From an uncultured Candidatus Saccharibacteria bacterium (GTDB taxonomy: Bacteria > Patescibacteriota > Minisyncoccia > Phycocordibacterales > Phycocordibacteraceae): a stretch of DNA of 64,000 bases. Shown piece after piece: positions 1 through 9,169 of the stretch (position 1 is its first letter; the number at the start of each line of letters is the position of its first letter). Below the pieces are notes generated by a model. The model was not told the DNA's origin, searched no databases, and saw only the letters and a list, made by a program, of their open reading frames with translations. The stretch is taken from positions 380,460-444,459 of the forward strand of contig CAYUQB010000001.1 in NCBI GenBank assembly GCA_964446735.1, given 5' to 3'. A program made the position numbers and the translations under genes.

Positions 1-721
1 TGGCAAGCGATTCGGTCGGCTTCTCGATGACAAGATACTTCTTGCTCATCAAATCGACCGGGTTGAGATTGCGCACTTCCTCCGTGATGAGACTACCAAT
101 GTTGCTGAAGGACTTCTCCGTGTTGGCGTCCTTCGCAGCAAGCGCGATCACTGCTGCGTTCTTACGCTTGGATGCGAGCATTTCCTGCCCCGCAGCCTTT
201 GCGATTGCGTGAAGCGCGCCGATCGCTTCTTTGGTCTTGGGTGCGGTAAAGGAAAACGAGTCGACAAAGATAATCTCACCGTCCTTGAGTTTGCGAGAGA
301 GTACGCTTGCGAGCGCTGCCGCGCGCATTTTGCGGTTGATTTTCACGGCATAGACTTTCTCAGCGCGTGGACCGTGCGTGGTACCACCACCTACCCAGAT
401 AGGAGAACGGTTCGAACCGTGACGAGCGCGGCCAGTACCCTTCTGCTTCCACGGCTTCTTACCGCCGCCGGCTACTTCACCACGGAACTTCGTGTGTGCG
501 ATGGTCGGTCGTGCATTCGCCTGCATGCCCGTAACGACCTGGTGCACGAGATCAGCATTCCAGGGAGCGGTGAAGAGTTCTGCCGGGAGCGAGACGGTAC
601 CCGTGGTACCACCCTTCATATCGAACACGGTTGCTTCAGTTGAAGAGACGGATTCAGTCTTCTTCACCGCTTTTTTGGCGGGTGCCTTCTTTGCTGCTGG
701 TTTGGTTGCTGCGGTTGCCAT
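1..721 (-). CDS. rplD: 50S ribosomal protein L4 (3' end runs off the window)
   Basis: Not in the ORF track. Manual translation from ATG at 721: MATAATKPAAKK...HTKFRGEVAGGGKKPWKQKGTGRARHGSNRSPIWVGGG, the L4 signature. Directly downstream of rplC. Confidence 0.96.
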   Translation of the reverse strand, partial: MATAATKPAAKKAPAKKAVKKTESVSSTEATVFDMKGGTTGTVSLPAELFTAPWNADLVHQVVTGMQANARPTIAHTKFRGEVAGGGKKPWKQKGTGRARHGSNRSPIWVGGGTTHGPRAEKVYAVKINRKMRAAALASVLSRKLKDGEIIFVDSFSFTAPKTKEAIGALHAIAKAAGQEMLASKRKNAAVIALAAKDANTEKSFSNIGSLITEEVRNLNPVDLMSKKYLVIEKPTESLA

Positions 722-732
722 ACGTACGTAAA

Positions 733-1338
733 TTATTTGGCGACTATCTCGACCAGGGAACCCGGTGCACCAGGAACCGCTCCCGAAACGATGATCTGGT
801 TATTTGCGGCATCAACACGAAGCACCTTGAGGTTCTTCACGGTGACACGATCGCTGCCCATGCGGCCGGCCATGCGAATGCCCTTTGCAACCTTACCGCC
901 TGCACGACCTGGACCGCCACCGATGGAGCCTGCTTCGCGCTCGGAATGTTTCTGACCGTGAGTGCGGCGCCCGCCATGGAACCCATGACGCTTCACGACG
1001 CCAGCGAAGCCTCGACCCTTGCTGGTTCCGGCGACTTCGATGACGTCACCTTGTGCGAAGGTGTCAGCGGCGATGGCAGTACCAACGGTAAAGTCAGCAG
1101 GGTTCTCAACTTTGAACTCCTTAAGGACCTTGAATGCCTTAGCGTGCTGGGGCTTGGCCAGACGCTCGATCTTCTGAGTGTCGTACCCGACCTGCACGGC
1201 GGTGTATCCGTCGACATCCGTCGTCTTAACCTGGGTAACGACGTTAGGACCCACCAGAAGGATGGTTCCAGCATTCACACGCCCATCTTCTTCGAAGACT
1301 TGGGTCATGCGGCCTTTGCGGGCAAGGATGAATTTCAT
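733..1338 (-). CDS. rplC: 50S ribosomal protein L3
   Basis: KGRMTQVF, DGYTAVQVG, GTSKGRGFAGVVKRHGF and RMAGRMG motifs. Confidence 0.97.
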   Translation of the reverse strand: MKFILARKGRMTQVFEEDGRVNAGTILLVGPNVVTQVKTTDVDGYTAVQVGYDTQKIERLAKPQHAKAFKVLKEFKVENPADFTVGTAIAADTFAQGDVIEVAGTSKGRGFAGVVKRHGFHGGRRTHGQKHSEREAGSIGGGPGRAGGKVAKGIRMAGRMGSDRVTVKNLKVLRVDAANNQIIVSGAVPGAPGSLVEIVAK

Positions 1339-1426
1339 AAAAATTTGAATCCGCGCTCAATGGCGCGGTTTTGGAAAACCTGCGGCCATTGGTCCGAGCG
1401 AAACCTCGTACGTAGCGTGTAGGCGC

Positions 1427-1455
1427 ACAGTACACGTCCGCGCCAGAAATTGCAA
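1427..1455 (-). promoter_or_regulatory. sigma70-type promoter of rplC-rplD
   Basis: TTGCAA (1450-1455), 17-nt spacer, TACTGT (1427-1432) on the minus strand, downstream of a terminator-like hairpin (GAGCCGGGTG/CACCCGGCTC). Confidence 0.6.
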
Positions 1456-1507
1456 ATCAGGGAAACGAAAGAGCCGGGTGTCCCCACCCGGCTCCAACTC
1501 GCCTGCC

Positions 1508-1774
1508 TTACGCGGCCTTCTTCAGGGGCCGCTCTTCGCTTTTCCTCTTCGCCCGCTCGATGCGAGCGACCACGAACCGTCGCTCTGCGTAGAGTCGCTC
1601 CGTGTGCTGTCGGCTCGCCTCGATGTAGACCACCTCCTGCGCCCGAAGTTGCGGGAGCGAGCTCATTTCCGCCCGAAACATCTTTTCCGATTCGAGCAGC
1701 TTGTCGATCTTTTCGAGTTCGGACTCAAGCTCCGCGAGCGTTGCGGGCCGCAAGAATTTGAACAGGTGCAACAT
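1508..1774 (-). CDS. hypothetical helical/coiled-coil protein (88 aa)
   Basis: ORF with a GGGGA SD-like site and a downstream hairpin; no recognisable motif. Confidence 0.6.
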   Translation of the reverse strand: MLHLFKFLRPATLAELESELEKIDKLLESEKMFRAEMSSLPQLRAQEVVYIEASRQHTERLYAERRFVVARIERAKRKSEERPLKKAA

Positions 1775-1899
1775 CTATCCCCCGTTGGCACATGAGAAAA
1801 GAAAATTGCCGCGAATGCGGCAGGTGAGTAAAAGACCTCACCGATTTCGATTTAAGCATGAAAAGCATATTCATTCAAGCTGCGTGCTATCGTATATAT

Positions 1900-2080
1900 G
1901 CCACGCATGAGGTGGCGCAGGAGTTCCTACGATGAGGTACGCCGTCATATTTTCCCCAGGAGGGGATGGGTGCGACCCCGCGGCGCAACAGTCAACCTAA
2001 GGAGGTGATCCTCATCTCGCTCCGCACCTGCGCGGAGTGTCGTCGGTCCGGGGTGGCTTGCTGCCCCGGACTTCTTATTT
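1900..2080 (+). ncRNA. candidate structured sRNA carrying a perfect complement of the 16S 3' tail
   Basis: Extended -10 TGcTATCGT (1885-1893), a row of short hairpins, TAAGGAGGTGATCC at 1998-2011, and terminator GTCCGGGG..CCCCGGAC+TTCTTATTT (2046-2080). Confidence 0.5.
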
Positions 2081-2169
2081 CAATAGAACGCATATCGGCC
2101 ACGGTCCTGACTTCACATAAAAACAAAACGCCCCGGTTACCCGGGGACGTTCGCGTCGAAGTTCAAGAT

Positions 2170-2343
2170 CTATTCGGCGAGGGCTTCGCGAACCAGTCTG
2201 GCAGCGACTGCGGGGTCCACACCACCCGAAAGGCCGCAGATCACCTTCCCGTCGCCGACCTGGTCCCTGATGCGTTTGACCGCTTCGTCACGGAATTCGT
2301 CACGAAGCTGACCCTGCCGGGTCGCCTTTGATTTGCCTGTCAT
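2170..2343 (-). CDS. 57-aa small protein resembling an internal fragment of GMP synthase (PP-loop region)
   Basis: Not in the ORF track. [57 protein letters not shown]; AGGAGG SD upstream and a hairpin downstream (~2125-2151). Confidence 0.6.
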   Translation of the reverse strand: MTGKSKATRQGQLRDEFRDEAVKRIRDQVGDGKVICGLSGGVDPAVAARLVREALAE

Positions 2344-2366
2344 TGGGCACCTCCTGGCTATAGCAT

Positions 2367-2400
2367 AGCAAAACGCCCCGATCTCTCGGGGCGTTTTGCT
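2367..2400. terminator. intrinsic terminator after rpsJ
   Basis: AGCAAAACGCCCCGA-tctc-TCGGGGCGTTTTGCT inverted repeat. Confidence 0.8.
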
Positions 2401-2411
2401 AGTTGGTCCGT

Positions 2412-2774
2412 TTAGACCATCTTCACATCAATCGTCACACCGGACGGAAGATTGAGGTTCGTGAGAGCCTCAATCACTTTCGGATTCGGTGAGAGGATAT
2501 CGATGAGGCGCTTGTGGATGCGCATCTCGAACTGCTCGCGTGCGTCCTTATGAACGAAGGTCGAGCGGTTCACAGTCCATCGCTTGATCTCGGTAGGAAG
2601 CGGAACAGGACCAACGATTTTCGCGTCGAAGCGGTTCGCCGTATCCATGATCTGCTTGACCGAGAGGTCGAGGATCTTGTGCTCGTAGGCACGCACGCGG
2701 ATGCGGAGCTTTGGCTCTGTCGCGGCATCCGCGCCAGCTGCCTTCTTCGAGCTCTTCTTTGCGGTAGCGGCCAT
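2412..2774 (-). CDS. rpsJ: 30S ribosomal protein S10
   Basis: [21 protein letters not shown] and [15 protein letters not shown] motifs. Confidence 0.97.
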   Translation of the reverse strand: MAATAKKSSKKAAGADAATEPKLRIRVRAYEHKILDLSVKQIMDTANRFDAKIVGPVPLPTEIKRWTVNRSTFVHKDAREQFEMRIHKRLIDILSPNPKVIEALTNLNLPSGVTIDVKMV

Positions 2775-2795
2775 ACGAGTACTGGTCGTTCGCTA

Positions 2796-3995
2796 TTACG
2801 CGGTGATCTTCGTCACGACGCCGGCACCGACGGTCTTACCACCTTCGCGAATAGCGAAGCGGGTGTTGTCCTCAAGCGCGATCGGCGCAGTGAGCTTGAC
2901 CTTGAAGGTAACGGTATCGCCCGGCATGACCATTTCCTTGCCTTCCGGAAGGGTAACCTCGCCGGTGACATCGGTCGTGCGAACGTAGAACTGCGGCTTG
3001 TAGCCAGTGAAGAACGGCGTGTGACGGCCACCCTCATCCTTAGAAAGGATGTACACCTCTGCCTCAAAGTCGGTGTGCGGGGTAACGGTGCCGCTCTTTG
3101 CGAGCACCTGACCACGATGCACATCCTCCTTCTTCGTGCCGCGCAGGAGGATACCAGCGTTGTCGCCAGCCTGACCTTCCTGAAGCTGCTTGTTGAACAT
3201 TTCGATGCCAGTGACGGTCGTCTTGGCCGTCGGCTTAAGACCAACGATTTCGACTTCCTCACCAACCTTCACAATGCCGCGGTCGATGCGGCCCGTAACG
3301 ACGGTGCCACGACCTTCAATCGAGAAGATGTCCTCGATTGCCATGAGGAACGGCTTGTCGGTCTCACGGACTGGGTCCGGGAAGTAGGAGTCCATGGTGT
3401 CCACGAGCTCCTTAACCTTGAGCGCCCACTCGTCTTCAGCGCTGGTCGCCTCAAGCGCCTTAAGACCGGAGCCCTTGATGACGGGAGTGTCCTTATCAAA
3501 GCCCTGCTTGGTGAGAAGGTCACGAATTTCCTCTTCAACGAGGTCTACCATGTCCTTGTCATCCACCATGTCTACCTTGTTGAGGAAGACAATGAGCTTC
3601 GGCACACCCACCTGCTTTGCAAGAAGAATGTGCTCGCGGGTCTGCGGCATTGCGCCGTCAGTTGCGGCGACCACGAGAACTGCGCCGTCCATCTGGGCGG
3701 CACCCGTGATCATGTTCTTGATGTAGTCTGCGTGGCCCGGAGCGTCGATGTGCGCGTAGTGGCGGTTCGGCGTCTCATATTCCGAGTGGTGAAGCGCGAT
3801 GGTAATACCGCGCGCCTTCTCCTCGGGCGCGTTGTCGATGTTTTCGACCTTCTCTGCGCGAGCCTTGTAGCCAGCGCCAGAGTTGAGGTTGAGAACATTC
3901 AGAATGGAAGCCGTGAGCGTGGTCTTACCATGGTCGACGTGACCGATAGTACCTACGTTCATGTGCGGCTTGCTGCGATCGAATGCATCTGCCAT
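2796..3995 (-). CDS. tuf: elongation factor Tu
   Basis: [33 protein letters not shown]; 399 aa. Confidence 0.99.
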   Translation of the reverse strand: MADAFDRSKPHMNVGTIGHVDHGKTTLTASILNVLNLNSGAGYKARAEKVENIDNAPEEKARGITIALHHSEYETPNRHYAHIDAPGHADYIKNMITGAAQMDGAVLVVAATDGAMPQTREHILLAKQVGVPKLIVFLNKVDMVDDKDMVDLVEEEIRDLLTKQGFDKDTPVIKGSGLKALEATSAEDEWALKVKELVDTMDSYFPDPVRETDKPFLMAIEDIFSIEGRGTVVTGRIDRGIVKVGEEVEIVGLKPTAKTTVTGIEMFNKQLQEGQAGDNAGILLRGTKKEDVHRGQVLAKSGTVTPHTDFEAEVYILSKDEGGRHTPFFTGYKPQFYVRTTDVTGEVTLPEGKEMVMPGDTVTFKVKLTAPIALEDNTRFAIREGGKTVGAGVVTKITA

Positions 3996-4162
3996 AGGTT
4001 CGTAAATTACTGGTAGCTAAGTAAGCTGCCGTCCCGCCTGCCTGCGGTTGAAGGCAGGCGACCAAGGCGCTCCGGCGATTCCCCCGCGCAGCGCCTTTCA
4101 GCCGTCCTCCTCCCCTGTGGTCGGATAACATCGAAAAGAGCGCCGTACTCGCGTTAGGTGTA

Positions 4163-4191
4163 AAGGTACACGGCACGTTATGAAGCGTCAA
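4163..4191 (-). promoter_or_regulatory. promoter of tuf-rpsJ, followed by a ~160-nt structured leader
   Basis: TTGACG (4186-4191), 17-nt spacer, TACCTT (4163-4168). Confidence 0.65.
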
Positions 4192-4258
4192 GGAAATAAA
4201 AGGTCAGCCTCGCCGTTCTACCGGCGAGGCTGGTGCAAAGCACGTAGGACAGGGTGAC

Positions 4259-4852
4259 TTACCCGGCGGCGAAGGCCGGCGTCTTGCCGCGGAAGCCACT
4301 TTTGGGCTTCTCCTCCCCGCGGGCGGCGGCCTTGCGGGCCTTCTTGCCGCACGGGTTCTGCTTGCGAGGCGCGTGACCTGGCTCGAACATCGTTTCGGCG
4401 AGCGGCGGCTCCTCATTGCGCAGGGCCGCCACCAGTTCCGCCTCGATGGTGACCGGGTCGACGACCGGCAGCGGATCGACGCATGGCTTGGGCTCGGCTG
4501 ACCACTGGAGTTGCCGCGGCCCGAAGAGCGCGGTCAGCTCGGCGTTCGGGAAGACCAGGCCGCTGGTGGCGACGAAGTGGCGGATCATGCCCATCGTGGC
4601 GCGGTCGCCCAGGTCGTAGAGGACCTGGTAGGCGCGGTCGAGCGGCTCGGGCTCGCTGAAGGTCCAGCCGTTGCCGACGCGGACCATGATGACGACGAAG
4701 GCGTGCTCTTTCTCAAAGAGCCGGCCGGCCTCGAGCATCTGCCACAGCGTGGCTTCGTCGTAGACGGGCTGCTTGAAGCGCGAGATCAGGTAGCCGACGC
4801 CGAATTCGGACTTCGGCTTGGTGTAGCTGCTGGCATCCGGAATCTTGGACAT
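4259..4852 (-). CDS. hypothetical protein (GC-rich orphan)
   Basis: 197-aa ORF with GC3-rich codons, its own promoter-like TTGACT..TACTCT and a GAAAGGG SD-like site. Confidence 0.75.
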   Translation of the reverse strand: MSKIPDASSYTKPKSEFGVGYLISRFKQPVYDEATLWQMLEAGRLFEKEHAFVVIMVRVGNGWTFSEPEPLDRAYQVLYDLGDRATMGMIRHFVATSGLVFPNAELTALFGPRQLQWSAEPKPCVDPLPVVDPVTIEAELVAALRNEEPPLAETMFEPGHAPRKQNPCGKKARKAAARGEEKPKSGFRGKTPAFAAG

Positions 4853-4962
4853 GCTTTCCCTTTCGCTGTCCGTACTGGTTGATGAAAAGACGCCAGAGGC
4901 GCCGACTAACTGAACATTAGAGTAATAGAATTATTGAAAAAGTCAATGGGTTGGGGTCTTTC

Positions 4963-5409
4963 CTAGTGATGCCCACCGCCATGCCCACCGTGTGCCTCAG
5001 CCTTTTTTTGACCGCCGCCGCCGCCTCCTTCTCCTCGTATGGATTCAACCGCCCCCTTAAGAAGACCGCCCCCAATCGTCTTAACTCCTATGTGCCACCC
5101 CCAAAACCAGAGGAATCCAAAGAATCCTCCCACTCCTCCATGACCATGGCCGCCCTCATGATGTGCGGAGGCATGGTTGCCACTCGAGATTGGTGCACCT
5201 ACCGATATTCTGCCCGGAGCTGTAGCACTAGTCCGAGCAAGGTTCGCTTTGGTCTGTTCAATGGCTTGAGCGTTCTCTCCGGTTGCGGGGGGCGTCTGTG
5301 CATGTGCTTCGGCAGCTTGTGCCTCGGCTTCTACTGCGGCCTCATGATCTTCTTGAGTCTCTGGCACCTTGGGAGTTCGTTCAGGTCCAGCGGGAGGGTT
5401 TTCTGACAT
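4963..5409 (-). CDS. hypothetical His/Gly-rich single-pass membrane protein
   Basis: One hydrophobic segment (GFFGFLWFWGW) flanked by HHEGGHGHGG and HGGHGGGHH; -10 TAAGCT 6 nt before the ATG. Confidence 0.7.
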   Translation of the reverse strand: MSENPPAGPERTPKVPETQEDHEAAVEAEAQAAEAHAQTPPATGENAQAIEQTKANLARTSATAPGRISVGAPISSGNHASAHHEGGHGHGGVGGFFGFLWFWGWHIGVKTIGGGLLKGAVESIRGEGGGGGGQKKAEAHGGHGGGHH

Positions 5410-5484
5410 GTCTCAAGCTTAGCATCTCTCCCTAAAACGCAAGAAACCGCCTGTGGGCGGTTCCGTGCTGCACGCTCTGATCCT

Positions 5485-7632
5485 TTATTTCCTCGATGCA
5501 ATGATGTCTTGCGCAACGTTTTGAGGGACTACTTCGTAGTGATCGAACTCCATGGTCATTGAACCGCGACCTTCAGTCATGGAACGGAGGCTTGTGGTGT
5601 AGCCGAACATTTCTGAGAGCGGAACCTTCGCATGCACCGCCTTGTTCATACCGCGATCTTCCATTCCTTCGATGGCGCCGCGCTTTCCGGAAAGGTTGCC
5701 TGTGATATCACCCATGAACTGCTCGGGGATAACCACTTCGACATTCATGATTGGTTCGAGTATGACCGGCTTAGCTTTGTGTGCCGCTTCCTGGAAGGCC
5801 TGACTTGCTGCAATCTTGAACGCAATTTCAGATGAGTCGACTTCGTGGAAAGAACCATCGTAGAGGTCGACCGATACATCCACCATTGGGTAGCCGGCAA
5901 GCACGCCGCGTCCCATAGCTTCGCGAATACCCTTTTCGATCGGGTTGATGTATTCCGTCGGGATGACACCACCCTTGATGTTGTTGATGAACTCAAAGTG
6001 GTCCTCACGGGTAACGTTCTTGGGAATCTTGGCATCTTCTGCAAGCGGCTCGAGGTGCTTCACCTTGATCTTCACGTGGCCGTACTGACCCTTACCACCC
6101 GTCTGCTTGATGTACTTGTTCTCGACATCGGCGGCGCCAAGAATTGTCTCGCGGTATGCCACCTGTGGCTTACCCACATTCGCTTCCACGTTGAACTCTC
6201 GCTTCATGCGATCCACGAGGATCTCCAGATGGAGCTCACCCATACCTGCCATGATGGTCTCGCCGGTCTCCTCATCCGAAGAAATCTTGAAGGTTGGGTC
6301 CTCGTCCGAAAGCTTACGAAGTGCCATACCCATCTTTTCCTGGTCGGCCTTAGTCTTCGGCTCGATGCGAAGAGAAACCACTGGCTCAGGGAACTTAATC
6401 TCCTCAAGGAGGATCGGATTCGCTTCGTCGCAGAGCGTGTGCGACGTCTTAGTGTCCTTAAGACCTACCATTGCCGCAATCTCACCCGTGAAGACGGTCT
6501 CGACTTCCTCACGCTTATCCGCCTGGAGTCGCACGATGCGACCGACACGCTCTTTGTTACCGGTGTTGGCATTGTAGACATACGAGCCGGCAGAGACGGT
6601 ACCGGAATACACACGGAAGAAGGTAAGCGCACCAACGAAGGGATCGGTCTGAAGTTTGAATGCAAGTGCCGTGAACGGCTCCTTGTCGTCTGCCGTACGC
6701 TCTACTTCTTCACCAGTCTTGGGGTTCGTTCCCTTTACCGGAGGGAGATCAAGCGGACTGGGGAGATAGTCGACAACCGCATCAAGTACGAGCTGTACGC
6801 CCTTGTTCTTCAAGGCTGAACCGGTGTAGACCGGGAAGATTTCATTTGCGATCACCGCCTTGCGGAGGGTCTTCTTCAGATCCTCGACGGAAGGTTCGTT
6901 ACCCTCGAAGTATGCATTCATCTGCGCCTCGTCATGTTCGACAATGCGCTCAATGAGCTCGGCGCGGTACTTCTGTGCCTCAGCTTTGTACTGTTCCGGT
7001 ACTTCGCCCTCGGTGACTTCTTCGCCCATATTGCCGCTGAAGGTGTAGGCCTTCATGGACAGGAGATCGATGACACCCTCAAAATCGTTCTCAGCACCCA
7101 TAGGGAGCTGCGCACGCACGGCCTTCTTCGACAGGCGGTCGAGGATCGACTTATAGGAGTCTTCGAACGATGCGCCCGTGCGATCCAATTTATTGATGAA
7201 ACAGACGCGTGGCACATTGGCTTCGTCTGCATAGCGCCAGTTGGTTTCCGACTGTGGCTCTACTCCTGCCACACCGTCAAACACCACAATCGCACCATCC
7301 AAAACGCGCATCGAGCGCTTCACTTCTGCGGTGAAGTCGATGTGTCCTGGGGTATCGATGATGTTGAAACGAAACTTCTTCGACGTATCCTTCTTATCCG
7401 GTTCGCTGGTTTTGCTCCAGAAGCAGGTGATGGCAGCAGCGGTGATGGTGATACCGCGCTCACGCTCCTGCTCCATCCAGTCGGTGGTCGTCTGGCCCTC
7501 ATGCACCTCGCCGATTTTATGCTGGGAGCCCGTGTAGAAGAGCACACGCTCGGACGTGGTCGTTTTACCTGCGTCGACGTGGGCGACGATGCCGAAGTTG
7601 CGCACTTTTTCCAGGGGATAATCGCGATTCAT
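5485..7632 (-). CDS. fusA: elongation factor G
   Basis: [30 protein letters not shown]; 715 aa. Confidence 0.99.
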   Translation of the reverse strand: MNRDYPLEKVRNFGIVAHVDAGKTTTSERVLFYTGSQHKIGEVHEGQTTTDWMEQERERGITITAAAITCFWSKTSEPDKKDTSKKFRFNIIDTPGHIDFTAEVKRSMRVLDGAIVVFDGVAGVEPQSETNWRYADEANVPRVCFINKLDRTGASFEDSYKSILDRLSKKAVRAQLPMGAENDFEGVIDLLSMKAYTFSGNMGEEVTEGEVPEQYKAEAQKYRAELIERIVEHDEAQMNAYFEGNEPSVEDLKKTLRKAVIANEIFPVYTGSALKNKGVQLVLDAVVDYLPSPLDLPPVKGTNPKTGEEVERTADDKEPFTALAFKLQTDPFVGALTFFRVYSGTVSAGSYVYNANTGNKERVGRIVRLQADKREEVETVFTGEIAAMVGLKDTKTSHTLCDEANPILLEEIKFPEPVVSLRIEPKTKADQEKMGMALRKLSDEDPTFKISSDEETGETIMAGMGELHLEILVDRMKREFNVEANVGKPQVAYRETILGAADVENKYIKQTGGKGQYGHVKIKVKHLEPLAEDAKIPKNVTREDHFEFINNIKGGVIPTEYINPIEKGIREAMGRGVLAGYPMVDVSVDLYDGSFHEVDSSEIAFKIAASQAFQEAAHKAKPVILEPIMNVEVVIPEQFMGDITGNLSGKRGAIEGMEDRGMNKAVHAKVPLSEMFGYTTSLRSMTEGRGSMTMEFDHYEVVPQNVAQDIIASRK

Positions 7633-7770
7633 AGAGTAAATGACTAAATAAAAAAGCCCGCAGATGCGTTAGCTACAAGATACGTTTTGGAGACTGAAAA
7701 CGCAAGAAAAGAAACGGGCGCCCCAGCGATGGGACGCCCGTCGGTCGTGGGCCGGGAGGCTGGGGTCGGT

Positions 7771-7977
7771 CTAGAGGCCGTGCGCCCTGCCGCCGCCGCG
7801 CGAGGCCTCGCCGCCCTTCTTGCCGGCGCTGGCCGCGAGGTCGCGGTCCTTCGCGAAGGACCGCTTTTCGCCGGGGACGGCCGCGCCGCCCTTCCTCGCG
7901 ATCTCGCGCCTGCGCTCAGGGTTCATTGCGGCGAAACCGCGCCTGGCGCGGGGCTTTCCGGTGGTGTCGGTCGGCAT
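7771..7977 (-). CDS. general stress protein with KGG repeats (YciG/GsiB-like)
   Basis: RGFAAMNPERRREIARKGG and RSFAKDRDLAASAGKKGG. Confidence 0.9.
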   Translation of the reverse strand: MPTDTTGKPRARRGFAAMNPERRREIARKGGAAVPGEKRSFAKDRDLAASAGKKGGEASRGGGRAHGL

Positions 7978-8124
7978 GCTGGGGTTCCTTCCCTCGATGC
8001 GGTTGAACGTTGTACGCTACTGGCCGGGATAATACGTCTATTGTAGAAAAAAGCAAGTGATGGGAAGACAAGCCACACAAGAAGTGCTACGCTCCACGCT
8101 AGTTGTAGTGCAGGGGGAATACCA

Positions 8125-8628
8125 ATGTTGATCGCTCGATTACAACATCATGAGCCCGAACAGCTAACCTCCCCGCTTGCTGTTTCGAAAGTGCGCGAAG
8201 GAGATTTCCCACGCTTCGCTCCTGGGTTTGAGGCCGACCTTATCTGCCTTTTGGGGCAGATCGAGGCCACCTTCCAGATCAGGGACCTGGAGTACGTGCC
8301 GTGGCAGATCGTTGCGGGCGTGGTGATCTTCGAACCTCCGAGCGGGTTTGCGCAGGCACCGTACGGCGCCCCGATCCAGTACCCGCAGAACGCACTCGCA
8401 TTCGAGGGAACCGCTCTCTCGTTCTGGTGCTGTCGGGGAAAGTTCGAATCAGACGCGTGGCTCCCGAGCTCCTGCCTGCGGCTGTGCGTCGTGGAGCTCG
8501 CCCGACTGCATCACGCGTATGCCTACGGGAAATGCGTGAACCCATGCATGATGCTCCACCTGGTGGCGCACTCGATGGGTCGTAGCGTCAAACGAAATGT
8601 CGAGGGCATCCGGAGTGTACTGACCTGA
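8125..8628 (+). CDS. hypothetical Cys-containing protein
   Basis: 167-aa ORF with a GGGGGA SD-like site; converges on the rpsG terminator (~8646-8685). Confidence 0.65.
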   Translation: MLIARLQHHEPEQLTSPLAVSKVREGDFPRFAPGFEADLICLLGQIEATFQIRDLEYVPWQIVAGVVIFEPPSGFAQAPYGAPIQYPQNALAFEGTALSFWCCRGKFESDAWLPSSCLRLCVVELARLHHAYAYGKCVNPCMMLHLVAHSMGRSVKRNVEGIRSVLT

Positions 8629-8699
8629 TGCCCATTGTTCCTGACAAAGAAAGCGCGCCCTTCTCGGGCGCGCAATCTTTTTTTTATCGGTATCTGAAC

Positions 8700-9164
8700 T
8701 TACCAAGCAAAGTGGGCGAACGCTTTGTTCGCATCGGCCATGCGGTGCATGTCCTCCTTTTTCTTGATTGCTTCGCCCTCGTTCTTGGCGGCCATGAGGA
8801 TCTCGTTGGCAAGCTTCTCGGCCATAGGCTTTCCCTTCTTGGCACGGGCGGCGTTGATGAGCCAACGGTACGCGAGAGAAACGCGGCGCTGCTGGGGAAC
8901 CTCGCGCGGGACCTGGTAGTTAGCACCACCAACACGGCGTGAGCGGACTTCCATCAATGGCGAGACGTTACGAATGGCGGTCTCGAAGGTTTCGAGCGGA
9001 TCCTGTTCATTCTTCTTGATGATCTCAAGTGCGTCGTAGACGACTTTGCGTGCCGTGTCCTTCTTTCCATCCCACATAACGGTATTGATGAAGCGAGAAA
9101 TCGCATCGGACTGGTAGACGAGGTCGGGACGGCGAACCGGCTTGTTTTTGATAGGACGGCGCAT
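8700..9164 (-). CDS. rpsG: 30S ribosomal protein S7
   Basis: [15 protein letters not shown] and [13 protein letters not shown] motifs. Confidence 0.98.
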   Translation of the reverse strand: MRRPIKNKPVRRPDLVYQSDAISRFINTVMWDGKKDTARKVVYDALEIIKKNEQDPLETFETAIRNVSPLMEVRSRRVGGANYQVPREVPQQRRVSLAYRWLINAARAKKGKPMAEKLANEILMAAKNEGEAIKKKEDMHRMADANKAFAHFAW

Positions 9165-9169
9165 AGGGA

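Noticed and set aside
1966-2331. 121-aa plus-strand ORF spanning the sRNA candidate
   Set aside because: It runs through a strong terminator, and its 3' half is the antisense shadow of the GuaA-like mini-gene.
2514-7647. Long plus-strand ORFs (2514-4016, 5845-6819, 6934-7647) opposite tuf and fusA; similarly 631-1422 opposite rplC
   Set aside because: Antisense shadows caused by codon bias in highly expressed genes; no motifs.
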